A DNA stretch of 64,000 nt from Sedimentisphaerales bacterium (GCA_963708075.1 OY970194.1:6688001-6752000), one strand, 5' to 3'; numbered from the stretch's first letter, positions 10,538-21,530 are shown. Notes: generated by a model from the letters alone, not told the origin. Numbers and translations are program-made.

Positions 10538-11497
10538 TTGAAGACATTGCATGAATGGCTTGAGGAGCAAGAGGCGGCGATAGCGCCGATGTTGGCACGA
10601 CAAGAGCGTGCCAAGCAACTCAAGGCCGAGGTACCTCCGGCTTGGCTATTCGTGGGGATGTGCGGGGTTGCCTGGGAAGACGGGTTGTTTGAGATCAAGC
10701 CTGGATTTCTTTCGCTGCGAAGTGTGGAGAATGCGCCTGACATCATGGACGTGTGTGCCGCTGCCGATTTTCAGAAGACCGACTCTCTCAGTGTCGGTCG
10801 CTATTCTACAGCGATCCGTGCAGAACTCGTGGTCGGAGGGCCTTCCGCTGAAGAGAAATACAACTCCGCCCGCTTTCTCCATACTCTTGCCTGGCGCGTC
10901 GCTGCGTTACTCAAGTTGCGGGGTTATTCCGCACTGGTATGTCCAGCGTCGGCTACCATTTCCTGGGATACAATCGCAGCCGCACCCAGCCATTCCGTAT
11001 GCTTCCACGTGCTTGACGACATTCCCAGATCCATCTCACTTTCCGACAAGAAGGTCGTTGTATCCAGAGATGATCTCGAATGGGTAAGCAATCATCTTGA
11101 TGCAGCGTTGCATCTCGGACACGAATCAGTATCGAGGAGGTTCGATCTTGCGTTCAACCTCGCGTACACATGGAATCACACGAGTGATGCTCGTGTAGCG
11201 ATTGCGAACCTCTGGTGTGCACTGGAGGCTCTTTTCGGGTGTGAAGATGACCGGCCGGTTACTCAGAAACTCGTCCAGCGGATTGTAGATTGGCTACCGG
11301 GCACCAGTACTGAAGACATAAGAGGTCTCTATGATCACAGATGTGATGCGGTACATGGGCGATGCCTGAACCAGGAGAAGATTGAATACATTCTCGGTGG
11401 ATCGCTGTCTTGTCTCCGAGCAAGCCTCATAAAGTGCATTGAGGGAAGGACGAAGCCTTTGCCTGATTGGAATGGACATGAGATAGGCCAGGACTGA
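10538..11497 (+). CDS. HEPN domain protein (Apea-like)
   Basis: C-terminal LWCALEALF...LYDHRCDAVHG (Rx4H motif); codon usage atypical relative to proA. Confidence 0.7.
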   Translation: MKTLHEWLEEQEAAIAPMLARQERAKQLKAEVPPAWLFVGMCGVAWEDGLFEIKPGFLSLRSVENAPDIMDVCAAADFQKTDSLSVGRYSTAIRAELVVGGPSAEEKYNSARFLHTLAWRVAALLKLRGYSALVCPASATISWDTIAAAPSHSVCFHVLDDIPRSISLSDKKVVVSRDDLEWVSNHLDAALHLGHESVSRRFDLAFNLAYTWNHTSDARVAIANLWCALEALFGCEDDRPVTQKLVQRIVDWLPGTSTEDIRGLYDHRCDAVHGRCLNQEKIEYILGGSLSCLRASLIKCIEGRTKPLPDWNGHEIGQD

Positions 11498-11674
11498 CCC
11501 GGCGGGTGCCATGCCTACGTTCGCGCAGGCATGCTCTATGTGCACAGTTCAAACCACGAAGAACACCGAGAAGAATAGGCGCGGGAAATTAGGGCCTATG
11601 TATATCTTTTATACCCGGTGTGAAATGTGTAGGTGTGACCCTCGGTTCCCGGTGAATTTCAATGAGTCCTTAAG

Positions 11675-14600
11675 TCAGACCGTAAGCATTCCTCGGGTGC
11701 GCAGCTTCTTGATCCTGTTCAGTGCGTCCTGAATTTGGTCCTTCAGGTCCAGGACTCTGGGCTTGTCGCCTCCTTCTCTCGGTTGGCTCCAGTCGAGGTC
11801 TTTACATCGGGCCAGAGTCCTGACAAAACGAACGAGCGAGTGCAGTTCCAACATGCAGTGCTGATAATCGAAGATCTGAGAACCGAGAAAATGCGTTCGC
11901 AAAGAAGGTCCTCCTTAAGTCAGAGAAAGTGATGTCCGACAGCATCCTGGGTGTCTCATAGCGTCTCTCCGGTAGGTTCAAACACCTCGAATCCCCATAG
12001 AGCGTGTAGAACTCCTCCACGGTCGGCACGCCCGCGCACTGAAAGGCACGCTCGCAGATCTTCTGGCTCGCCATCAGGCTGTTGACCAGATCGATGCCAA
12101 GCTCTGTGTTCTCAGAGCCCTTCGTCATAATCAGATGCCAATCACCCCAGCAGGAGACATGTTTTGCCGCATCGCCGAACTCCAGAAAATGAGAAAGACT
12201 GATCGGGATCGGCATGATCCCAAGCTCCGCTCGTCGATTTTGCCAGAGGAACGGGGAACTCTCATTCCCTCGCGCGGCCAGATCATTCCGGGACGCGGAT
12301 TTCTTTTCCGCTCCTGGCGCCGCTGAATCATCCGGGGACGTGGATTTCTTCTCCGCCGTGAGCAGATCGACCAGGGTCGAGTACCACTGGCGGGCAAAGA
12401 CCCAATCGTTGCCCCTGCGCGTGGTCTTATTGCGACCCACGCTATACTCGTTGGCGAAATGAGCAACATCCAATGTTGAATCACCAGGGATGATTCCCTT
12501 GTGCAACATGACGGTCAATAAATAAAGGGCCTGAAACAACTTGTGTTTCGTCTTCTCCTCATCCTCGATGTCGTAGTCCGCCCCTATCTTAAGGCTACCG
12601 CCGCAACCCCATAAGAACTCCAACATAGTACAGAGCAGAGTATCCAGGGTCTGCGTTTCTATGACAAAATGACGCTTCGATGGTTCTGTTGGACTTGAGG
12701 CTCCTCTTCGGTCCCCCGTACTCATCAACTGAAGAAGCGTGGTCATCTCCTCCCAGGTCTGGAGCGGTCCCTGGGACAACAGCTTTCTGTCGAGGTACTG
12801 TTTGAGGTTCGTCTCAAGAAGATGGCGGACTCGCTCTTCCACGCCCTGGGCCTGGAACTTGGAGTACAGGTCTTGGGTCGGTTTATCGTACAGCGAAAGC
12901 ATCTTGTGTAGGGAGAGGACACCCTGAACGTAGTCGTTGAACTTCTCCCCGGCCTTGCCGTCTTTCCAGAGGTTCCGCTTGATGTACGGCCTGAGGAGGT
13001 CATCGCGATAGACGATGAAACTGACATTGGCGTTGTATGGAATCGAGATCAACGATCTGGCATCGCGCATAGCGAAGAGCAGTCCCGGCCGATGCATCGG
13101 TCGCTTGTTGTCCGGCGACAGCTCTTCCAATTCCTTGATGATCGTGCTCCGCCGCTCGCCGAACAGGCGGATTCTGTCTTCAGGTATGTCGCTCAGGAAA
13201 TGGTACGTGTTCCGCTTCTTCAAGATGAGATGATAAGTCGTCATCAAGCGGTACAGCGCCTGGTGAGATCTCTCTTGGGTACACAGGCTCCAGAGGTCTT
13301 TCATGGATTCAGGCTTCCCAAGCTCGCCGCACTGGGTCCCCGACAGCATCTCCGGCAATTTGGTAAACAGCGCTTTCAAAACCACGTATGTCTTCTTTGC
13401 GAGCGACTGACGTATAGTGCTCAGTTCCCTTAACTTGTTCGTCTCGTCTTCTTCTTCCTGCCTCTTGGGCGACTCCTTGTCTTCGCTCAGTTTACTGGTC
13501 GCCCCCTCTGTGCTCATCCCTTTCAACTTCTCTCGGATCGCATCTTCTCCCTTGGAGAGGACAAAGTCGATGTAGCTCCAGAACTCCACTCTGCATTCGC
13601 AGCCCAAGTGCCTGTCCAGAATCTCGCGTATTTTCCCTGCCTCCGTCTTCTCGCGACAATCCAGGAGCTCTTTCTTGAGCCTGCGTCTGGCACCTTCCGA
13701 TTTCATCCAGGGCATCGTCTCGTCCAGAGCTTCCAGCACCTCAGAAGGATCTTCTCGCCGCTGTGACAGTATCTGGCTGATCTGCTCGGCCCGCCTATTG
13801 AGCATCTCTTGGTCCGAGCTGCTCGGCCCGTCATAGGCCGCGCTCTCCAGCTCGTTCATCCATTGTTTCACATTGGCCGGGGGCTCCCCATTCATATTCA
13901 GCAGCGCTCGCACCGCGCTGCTCTGGCAGCATCCGGCTTCATCAATAGATTTCGACATCCGGTCCAGAATGGACTCGATCTCCTTCGCTTCCTCAGGATC
14001 CACGGTGTACTTTGAGAAAGGCTTGGCACCTGTCTGCGTCCCAGGGTCATGTTCAGCCTGCTTGCCTTTCTTTGACATCCGCGTGATTACGTACGGAAGC
14101 ACTTGTTGATTCTCCTTCGCAATCTGCCTGAGCACCCACCAGCAGAACCGGCAGAAGAAGCATTTCATACAGTTGCTTCTCCTCGACAACGACGCAAAGG
14201 CAATCAGCACCTCCTTCAGCACGATGGCCTCGTTCGGCTCCAAAATGTCGTTCAAACACTGCACCAAAGTGTCGGGACGGCCCATCAAAGACTTGTGCAT
14301 CGCACTGATGAGTTTGGCCACATCCTCAGGGTTCTTGTCCGGGCCTCCGACGCTGTCCTCGACGCCCTCGGCCACAGCGCGCCTCCAGCACAATTCGCCG
14401 TACCAGTTGACCCAGTAGTTATCGAAGCTCGACACATACAGATCGGTTCGACTGGGAACGTACCGCGACCGACGCTGGTTCATATAGATCCGCTGGAGAC
14501 TGCTGCGGTCGAAGTCCTCGTACCTCAACGCCGGGTACAGCTCCGGCAGGTCCTCTCTGAAGAACGTATCCCATACCTGTTTCTGTTGTGCGTTCTCCGT

Positions 14601-15750
14601 GAAAAGAAGGATGTGCCCGTCGCCAGGATAGGTTTCATAAAATGTCAGACCGGACCCCATGACGATGTCATAGGCGCATCGCCTGGACTGATTGGCCGCT
14701 TTTCTGGACTTAACGACACGGATGAAAGACCGGGATTCCAGCTTGCTACTCTCTTGTCCCGGGACTTTGTCGATGATCTTGAAGATGCTGTAGCCTACAG
14801 ACCCCTGCCGGCTGGCTTCATAGCCCGCCGGGACGGCGATGGGCTCACTGGTAAGCGTGATCTCCACATCCGACAGGAAACTCTCCGCCATGCCGGTCGC
14901 CACCCACGATGCCTCATGGTGGAACTCGCTGGAGACAAGAATCACGAAACGCTTGAATTTCTTTCGGACCATGGCGAACGCACGGTTCATTGTCAGTCGG
15001 GCTTGGGACTGACTCAACTCTGTGTATTGGCGAACGATTGCCAGCAGTGCGTTGATCGAATCAATGAACAGTATGCCTTCCGGCTGAGAGCGGTCGATCT
15101 CCTTGGGACTACCTTCGGAAGTCGGATTCTCGTCAGTCTCATCCTCTTCGCGCGAACCGGCCAGGATGCCGGAAAGAAAAGACCAACCCCAGTCAAGGAA
15201 TAGCGGCACCACAATGTCCTTGAACGGTCCTATGAGGAGCCCCGTACCGAACTTGGCGACACCCTTTGTCAATTCATCCGGCTTCTTGGCACCGGGTTTG
15301 GCTCGGATCTCCTTGACAACCTCCTTCATGAAGCCGGCAGATAGCGGCACCAACAGATCGCCTCGCTTCTGCTTCTGGAAGAAGTGGAAATCTGTCGTGA
15401 CCTTGCGGACGACCTTACGTGGATCGGTTCTCAAGAGAGAGAAGAAGAGCCATGAGTTTGCCAGAGACGTACCTGCAGTCGTCGCTGGCCAGATAGTTGG
15501 ACATGATCTGCAGGCCCAAAGTAGTCTTGCCACTGCCGGGGCCACCTCTCAACACGATGATGTCTCCTGGCCGGATGCCTGTGCCGGCGCCCAGGCTCTC
15601 GTTGTATCCCAACAGCTTGTCCACTGCCGGAATGTTGGTCTTGAACTCAGGCCTGACCAATGTCGACAGGTGTCGATCTTCCTCCATTCCTGTGGTTTGC
15701 TCCCTGGGCTTTTGTGCTCTTCGCTCCTCAGGACGTTCAGATGATCCCAT
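11675..15750 (-). CDS. ~1350-aa KaiC/RecA-superfamily ATPase fused to a solute-binding-protein-like module (frameshifts near 15430 and 11885)
   Basis: Walker A GDIIVLRGGPGSGKTTLGLQ (ORF 15415..15750), Walker B ILFIDSINAL, RSFIRVVKSRK; later ISIPYNANVSFIVYRDDLL, PLQTWEEM, GIMPIP, GDWHLIMTKGSEN resemble family-1 sugar-binding proteins. Confidence 0.65.
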
Positions 15751-16171
15751 GTATAGCCTCCGAGATACTGTGCTGCCCCGCGGCTTTGGAATCTTAAAAC
15801 GGGGACGGCCACCTATTATCTCCCTGTGCTGTCACATCCCGCGCGTCTTTAATGCCGCACCGACGCTGATGCTTGAATGTTTGAACAGCTCCAGCCTCAA
15901 ACCGATCCGTCACGGTCTTTGGGAGTCGTCTACTCACTCAACGCGCACTTGCCGCAAGTCCACCGACTAATATTGTGACAAAGTCAGTCAAACACGGCAA
16001 GGAGAAAATGAGTCAAGAGCCAAAGTTTTTGGTGTGGCGGGACATTCGCGTCAAAGACCGCAAAGATTAAAGACCTGTGATATCCAGGGTTTTCTTGGTG
16101 TGTCTGGCGAGAATAGGTGTTGTTGGTCTCTGGTTGTTCGTTGTTGGTAGGGGCGGCGTTTGAAGAAGGAA

Positions 16172-16345
16172 TGGATTCCCGATCAGGTCGGGAATGACAT
16201 CCACGTGTGCGGGGCATATCTACGTATTTCTACGTAGTTCGCGGTTGGAAGGACCTGGATTCCTGATCAGAGCCTGCCCTCGACCTGATCGGGGGTCGGG
16301 AATGACATCATTCTTTGAACCACGAATTGCACGAATGGCACGAAT
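16172..16345. repeat. Cluster of ATTCCCG...CGGGAAT palindromes (family C) and short tandem CACGAAT repeats
   Basis: TGGATTCCCGATCAGGTCGGGAATGACA at 16172 and an expanded variant at ~16256-16308; CACGAATTGCACGAATGGCACGAATT at ~16321. Confidence 0.7.
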
Positions 16346-16351
16346 TAGAAG

Positions 16352-17248
16352 CTACAAGTCTCCGTTGGATTCGTGTGATTGGTGTGATTCGTTGTTTGTT
16401 GCCGTTTCATGCGGGAAATTCAGGGCGGCGTAGGGGCCGTGGATCGCGACGGCGGCGCGGTCGTAAGCTCTCGCGGCGTCGGCCTCGATGTCGTAGGAGC
16501 CGAGGTAACGCTCTTTGCCTTGGTCCTTGATGTGGGCGATCCATTTGCGGCGGCGCTTGTTGTAGGAGACGCCGAGGTATTGGCTGCTTGCGGTGCGGCA
16601 CTTGCGGCGGTTGGCGTTGTTCTGGGCGGTGGTGCAGTTGCGGCAGTTGCGCTTGCGGTTGTCCAGGCCGTCGTGATTCTCGTGGTCGCAGACGAGGTGG
16701 TCGGGCGTGTTCCTGATCAGGCGGTGCATGTAGATGCGCTTGGATCGGCCGTGGGTCTGGACGTTACGCACGGCGTAGCAATTCTCCACGTTCATCTTGC
16801 AGCACCAGCGGAACTGCGAGAGCCAGACGTAGTCCTCCGGATCGACCTTGGCGAACTTGCCCTGCGTCAGCGGGATCTTGCAGTAATCGCCGAATTGGTC
16901 GGCGAAGACGGGAAGGCCGTCGAATTTATGATTTATGATTTTTGATTTATGATTTGGGGCGGAGGCGTCCGATTTTTGATTTTTGATGTTTGATTTTTGA
17001 TTTGCGATGGGTGCAGCGGCATGCCCGATCGTTCTGCTCTGATCCCCGACCCCTGACCCCTGATCCCTCTTCCTGATTTCGGGCTTGGGGCGGTGTCGGC
17101 CGCAGCGGTCGGTGGGCTGGACGATGGGCCAGCGGGCTTGGGCGGTGACGGGGTCGGGCGCCGGCGGGTTGCGCACGCAGCATAAGCGGCCGGCGATCTG
17201 CCGGACGAAGTAACAACTGCCGCATTGTCGAGCGGGCATGTCGGGCAT
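16352..17248 (-). CDS. HNH endonuclease-AP2 DNA-binding domain protein with N-terminal Cys-rich motif
   Basis: IPLTQGKFAKVDPED, IYMHRLI, CDHENHDGLDNRKRNCRNCT (HNH), SSQYLGVS...KWIAHI...RYLGSY..EADAARAYDRAA..HGPYAALNFP (AP2). Confidence 0.88.
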   Translation of the reverse strand: MPDMPARQCGSCYFVRQIAGRLCCVRNPPAPDPVTAQARWPIVQPTDRCGRHRPKPEIRKRDQGSGVGDQSRTIGHAAAPIANQKSNIKNQKSDASAPNHKSKIINHKFDGLPVFADQFGDYCKIPLTQGKFAKVDPEDYVWLSQFRWCCKMNVENCYAVRNVQTHGRSKRIYMHRLIRNTPDHLVCDHENHDGLDNRKRNCRNCTTAQNNANRRKCRTASSQYLGVSYNKRRRKWIAHIKDQGKERYLGSYDIEADAARAYDRAAVAIHGPYAALNFPHETATNNESHQSHESNGDL

Positions 17249-17346
17249 GCCTTGTCCTCTCCGGCCCGGGCATCGCGGGCGAATGATGATTCGCCCCTAC
17301 GGCCCAATGGGCCGGTGACGCTCCTGGCGCTTAGGCTGGCTGGCAT

Positions 17347-17386
17347 GGGCAAACCATCGGCAAGCTGCCGCTTGCCGCTGCCACCC
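17347..17386. repeat. Half copy of GGGTGGCAGCGGCAAG palindrome (family B)
   Basis: GGGCAAACCATCGGCAAGCTGCCGCTTGCCGCTGCCACCC matches the right arm of 18944-19023. Confidence 0.75.
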
Positions 17387-17769
17387 AGAAATATCATCCG
17401 GCCGTAAACCGGGCCGGAAAATCGTCCCCCCCTATATGCTCGAAAGTGCGCGAATTGGTCGAAAATTGTGAGCCGGGACGCGGGCGAGGTGGATGTAAGT
17501 CCTTGCGGGGCAAGGAATAAGAAAATGTTGCATGGCGGGCGGATTGGGTTCTAAACCGGCGCGCGAATCGTGCGAAAATCGACTGAAAGTGGTACGGGGG
17601 GACACGATTGCGGATTGCGGATTGCGGAATGCGGATTGAGGGAGGAGGCCGGGACGGCCTGATGGGGGGTTGCGGCCCTGGATCGGGGTCCAGGGTGACA
17701 TGATGGCAGAGTTATGGCGGGGGACGCGGCGGGAATCGCGGATTGCGTGTAGTGCGGGCGAAACCGGGG

Positions 17770-17795
17770 GGGGCGGGTTTGAAACCCGCCCCTAC
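17770..17795. repeat. GTAG-type REP-like hairpin
   Basis: GGGGCGGGTTTGAAACCCGCCCCTAC just after the DUF1080 stop codon. Confidence 0.7.
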
Positions 17796-17805
17796 GGCTT
17801 GATTG

Positions 17806-18798
17806 TCACTTGGTGATCGGCGTCAGGACGATGTTTCGGTACTTGATGCCGGTGTGGTCGCCCTGTAAATAAATTGGGCCGGGCTTGAGTTCGTCGGACC
17901 AGAGGGCGCCGCCGGTGCAGCCGAGGAGCGGCTGGTTGTCGATGATCTTCCGGCCGTTGAGGATCACGGTGGCGTGGCGGTCGAGTAGCGTCAGGTCGAG
18001 GGTTTGCCACTGGCCGGCGGGCTTCTCGGCGCCGACGGTAGGCGTGATCCGGCTGTAGATGCCGCCCATGTTGTGCGAGTCGAGGGGCTTGCCGGCGGTG
18101 TCGGCGACCTGGACCTCGTAGATGCCGCGCAGGTACACGCCGCTGTTCTCGCCTTTGGCGACGTTCAGCTCGAGCTTCAGATTGAAGTCCTCAAACTCGG
18201 CGATGGTGCGGAGGTTGCCGTAGTTGATGTGCGGCTTGCCCTCCTGCTGGACGGGCTTATTGACGAGGACGCCGTCCTCGACCGACCAGCCGCTCTTGGC
18301 GCCGGGATCGGTCAGCTTCCAGCCTTCGAGGTCCTTTCCGTTGAACAGTGTGACTGGCTTGCCAAACTTGGCCTTGGCCAGGTCCGGCTTCGGCGGCAGG
18401 GGGGCAATCCGTTTGCCCGTGAATGTCGCGGGGGCGGTCATGGACCCATCCGGTCGTTTGGTAACCGTGGTGAGCTTGAGGTTGTCGCCGTCGAGCGTCG
18501 CGGTGATCGTCTCGGTGGAAATCTTCTTGGGGTCCCGGGGAGCTTCATGGATGCGCGTCACGACAAGGGTGTCGCCTTTGACTTCGACCTCCTTCACAGG
18601 CACGACGCTGCCGCCGCCCCAGAGGATGCTGCCGGAGAGCCTGCCATCCTTCTCGACCACGCCGAGCCAGCCGGCCCCGCCGCCGGGAATGGTCAGCGCC
18701 CATCGGCCGACGAAGGGATTCGCCGCTTGGCCGGCGAATGCGGTGCAGGTAATCGACAAGCCCAGGACAACCAGTGCGTAACGCGTGCCTTTGTTCAT
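17806..18798 (-). CDS. DUF1080 / 3-keto-disaccharide hydrolase domain protein, secreted
   Basis: Signal peptide MNKGTRYALVVLGLSITCTAFA; LFNGKDLEGW, W.VEDG, NSGVYLRG.YEVQV, GPIYLQGDH, YRNI. Confidence 0.9.
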   Translation of the reverse strand: MNKGTRYALVVLGLSITCTAFAGQAANPFVGRWALTIPGGGAGWLGVVEKDGRLSGSILWGGGSVVPVKEVEVKGDTLVVTRIHEAPRDPKKISTETITATLDGDNLKLTTVTKRPDGSMTAPATFTGKRIAPLPPKPDLAKAKFGKPVTLFNGKDLEGWKLTDPGAKSGWSVEDGVLVNKPVQQEGKPHINYGNLRTIAEFEDFNLKLELNVAKGENSGVYLRGIYEVQVADTAGKPLDSHNMGGIYSRITPTVGAEKPAGQWQTLDLTLLDRHATVILNGRKIIDNQPLLGCTGGALWSDELKPGPIYLQGDHTGIKYRNIVLTPITK

Positions 18799-18943
18799 GT
18801 GATCAACCCTTTCCTTCACATAAGATCCAGCTATGCTTCGAGAGATCGTGCCCAACAGGATACCCGCGCGGCCGTGACAATGCAACAAGTGTCGGGCCGC
18901 TCGGTCTCCACGTGTCTGCGAAGATTTCAGGACATTTTCGGAT

Positions 18944-19023
18944 GGGTGGCATCGGCAAGGCCGAGGGCTTTGCCGATGGCGAATGGGCAAACCATCGGCA
19001 AGCTGCACTTGCCGCTGCCACCC
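18944..19023. repeat. 80-bp palindromic repeat (family B)
   Basis: GGGTGGCATCGGCAAGGCCGAGGGCTTTGCCGATGG...CCATCGGCAAGCTGCACTTGCCGCTGCCACCC; nearly identical to 32426-32505. Confidence 0.85.
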
Positions 19024-19138
19024 AAGACTCAAGAACTTGGGACGAACCCAACGAGTTTGGCGGTGCCACCCGGCCGCGCAACCAGCCTGTTGGGACAGGG
19101 TTTTAGTCGCACACGCGCCGCTGTGGGGACGCAGGTCG

Positions 19139-19912
19139 TCACGGCTCGCCGCCGAAGGGCAGGAGCAGGGCGACGGAGAAGCCGGTGCTGTCGTCCGTGA
19201 ATCGTCCTTCGGCCATGAGGTCGCATCGGCTGAGCCAGCCGGTGCTCGATGGGCCGGCCTTGAACAGGGTCACGGTTCCGCCGACGTAGCCGCCGGCGTC
19301 CCACTGGTGATCGACGTCGAAGGAAGTGCTCACAGTCTTGGCGTCGAAATCCAGGCTGCCCGTGACATAGCGAAGGAGCAGGCCGCCGTAGACGGTAAAC
19401 CGGTCGTGCCGCCAGGTCGGGCCCGTCGCGAAGTTATACTCGACGATGTTCAACTCCTCGTCCGTGGGCAGCAGGGTGGGCACCTCCGGCTCCCCAATGA
19501 GCCACTCTTCGACGGTGTCGAAGCGAGAGACGAGGTTGGTGAATTGAGCCATCGCGCCCCAGGTGAAGTTGTTCCACTCGAACGCGGTCAGCCGCGTGCC
19601 CAGGCCCCAGGAGAGATTCATATCACCGTCAAAACCGGAGGCCTCGGCCTGAGCCGCTCCGAGACGGACGAAGAACTCCAGCCACTGCGTAGCCGCGACG
19701 GAGAATACGGCGAATGCGCTGTCGAAGTCGAAGTCCTCCGTGACCTCGTCCCCATCGATCTCCAAGGGAAGATCGACGTCGGTCTGCCCATATTCAAGGG
19801 ATATGCCGAAGCGCTCGCCGCCCAGCATGGCGGTGGACGGCCCCGCCAGCGTCGTCGCGAACACAGACTGGCCCACCACAAGAACAGCGAGAGGAACTAC
19901 GATTCGTCGCAC
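19139..19912 (-). CDS. Secreted hypothetical protein, probable outer-membrane beta-barrel
   Basis: Signal peptide; alternating hydrophobic/aromatic strands (WLEFFVRLGA, LSWGLGTRLT, FTVYGGLL) and a near-terminal F strand (FSVALLLPF). Confidence 0.55.
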   Translation of the reverse strand: MRRIVVPLAVLVVGQSVFATTLAGPSTAMLGGERFGISLEYGQTDVDLPLEIDGDEVTEDFDFDSAFAVFSVAATQWLEFFVRLGAAQAEASGFDGDMNLSWGLGTRLTAFEWNNFTWGAMAQFTNLVSRFDTVEEWLIGEPEVPTLLPTDEELNIVEYNFATGPTWRHDRFTVYGGLLLRYVTGSLDFDAKTVSTSFDVDHQWDAGGYVGGTVTLFKAGPSSTGWLSRCDLMAEGRFTDDSTGFSVALLLPFGGEP

Positions 19913-20175
19913 AACTCATCTCCTTGCGTTCTCACCCGCGGAAAACGGATAACCCACGGCCTGTTTCCGCTTCTCAAGCCCGGCCGCACACAACCATTAC
20001 TCAGGCCGCTCTATTGTGTGCCGGCCGGTCCGAAAAGGCAATGGAAAAACCCGAGGCATGCTTGTGGTGACGTCGTGAGGAGTCTCGGGGAAGTGTAAGG
20101 TGTAAAGTCTGAAGTGTGAAGTCGGATGGCCGGGCAGAAGGGAAGAAGGTAAGAACTCGCAGGGTGGGGCCTGCC

Positions 20176-20772
20176 TTATGCGTGGCGGAGGGCGAAGGCG
20201 GCGCCTCGGCGGAGGGCTTCGGCGTTGGTGGGGATCATTTTGTAATGGCGCTCGGCCAAGACGTCGGGCAGGGCCTCGGCGGCCTGGTCGGGGGTGAGGT
20301 GGCCCCGCTTGCCCAGGTAGGCGCCGAGCATGACCATGTTGGCGCTCTTGGGCGAGCCCGCCTCAAGGGCGAGGTCCTCGGCCGGCACGCCGATGACCTC
20401 AACGCCGTCCGGCACGGAATGCACGTTCTGGATCAGCGAGTTGTTGAAGATCATCAGTCCGCCCGATTTCAGGCGCGGCGCGAATTTGCTCAGCGCGGCC
20501 TTGTTGCAGATGACGAGCGAGTTCGGATTGCTGACGACCGGGCAGGCGATCGGCTTGTTCGAGACGATCACCATGCAGTTGGCGGTCCCGCCGCGGACCT
20601 CGGCCCCGTAGGACGGCATGTACGTCACTTCCAAGCCGGCACGCATCGCCGTCTGGGCCAGGAGCTTGCCCGCCAGGACGATCCCCTGGCCGCCGAAACC
20701 GGCCATTACCATTTCTTCGTAGAGGCCCGTTGTGATTGCGGATTGCGGATTGCGGATTGCGGATTGACTCAT
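20176..20772 (-). CDS. 2-oxoacid:ferredoxin oxidoreductase gamma subunit
   Basis: MAGFGGQGIVLAG, PSYGAEVRGGTANC, ANMVMLGA. Confidence 0.92.
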   Translation of the reverse strand: MSQSAIRNPQSAITTGLYEEMVMAGFGGQGIVLAGKLLAQTAMRAGLEVTYMPSYGAEVRGGTANCMVIVSNKPIACPVVSNPNSLVICNKAALSKFAPRLKSGGLMIFNNSLIQNVHSVPDGVEVIGVPAEDLALEAGSPKSANMVMLGAYLGKRGHLTPDQAAEALPDVLAERHYKMIPTNAEALRRGAAFALRHA

Positions 20773-20795
20773 TGGCTCACCTGTGTCTGCTGATC

Positions 20796-21526
20796 TCAGC
20801 CCTTCAGACGGGCGATAGGAAAGACCTTGCTCATGTCCTGCTCGATCCACTTCATGGCGTCAGCCGGCGACATCCGCCAGTACGTGGGGCAGGGGGACAG
20901 GATCTCCACCAGCGAGAGTCCCGGGGCTCCGTTCATCTGGAGCTCGAAGGCGTGCTTCAGGGCCGCCTTGGCCTGCCGGATGCGAGGGACACTGCTCAAG
21001 GCGCAGCGTTCCACGTACACGGCGCCGGGCAGGAGCGCGAGCAGCTCCGAGACTTGCAGTGGATAGCCTTGGCCGTTGGATTGCCGGCCCTGGGGCGTGG
21101 TCGCCGTCACCTGGCCGAGGACAGTGGTGGGAGCCATCTGGCCGCCGGTCATGCCGAACACGGCGTTGTTGATGAACACCACCGTGAGCTGCTCGGCGCG
21201 ATGAGCGGCGTGGATGATCTCCGCCGTCCCGATCGCAGCAAGGTCGCCGTCGCCCTGATAGGAGAAGATGATGCTGTCGGGGTTCGTGCGTTTCATGCCG
21301 GTGGCGACGGCGGGGGCCCGCCCGTGTGCGACCTCGATCATGTCCACGTCGAGGTAGTTGTACGCGAGCACCGCGCAGCCGACCGGGGCGATGCCGATCG
21401 TCCGGCCCCGGATGTCAAGCTCCTCGATCACCTCGGCGATGAGCCGGTGAGCGATGCCATGCCCGCAGCCGGGACAATAGTGCGTCGGGCAATCCTTGAG
21501 TACCCTTGATTTCTTGAATACTGTCT

Positions 21527-21530
<4 letters not shown>
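20796..21530 (-). CDS. 2-oxoacid:ferredoxin oxidoreductase beta subunit (TPP-binding)
   Basis: HYCPGCGHG, HGRAPAVATG, YQGDGDLAAIG, NNAVFGMTGGQ, EILSPCPT. Confidence 0.93.

Noticed and set aside
10457..11500. HEPN gene as an integron cassette
   Set aside because: GTTAG occurs at the proA stop, but there is no matching inverse core site or attC hairpin after the gene, and no integrase.
11675..15750. Circadian clock KaiC
   Set aside because: There is only one ATPase domain and no kaiA/kaiB neighbours, so it is called KaiC-like only.
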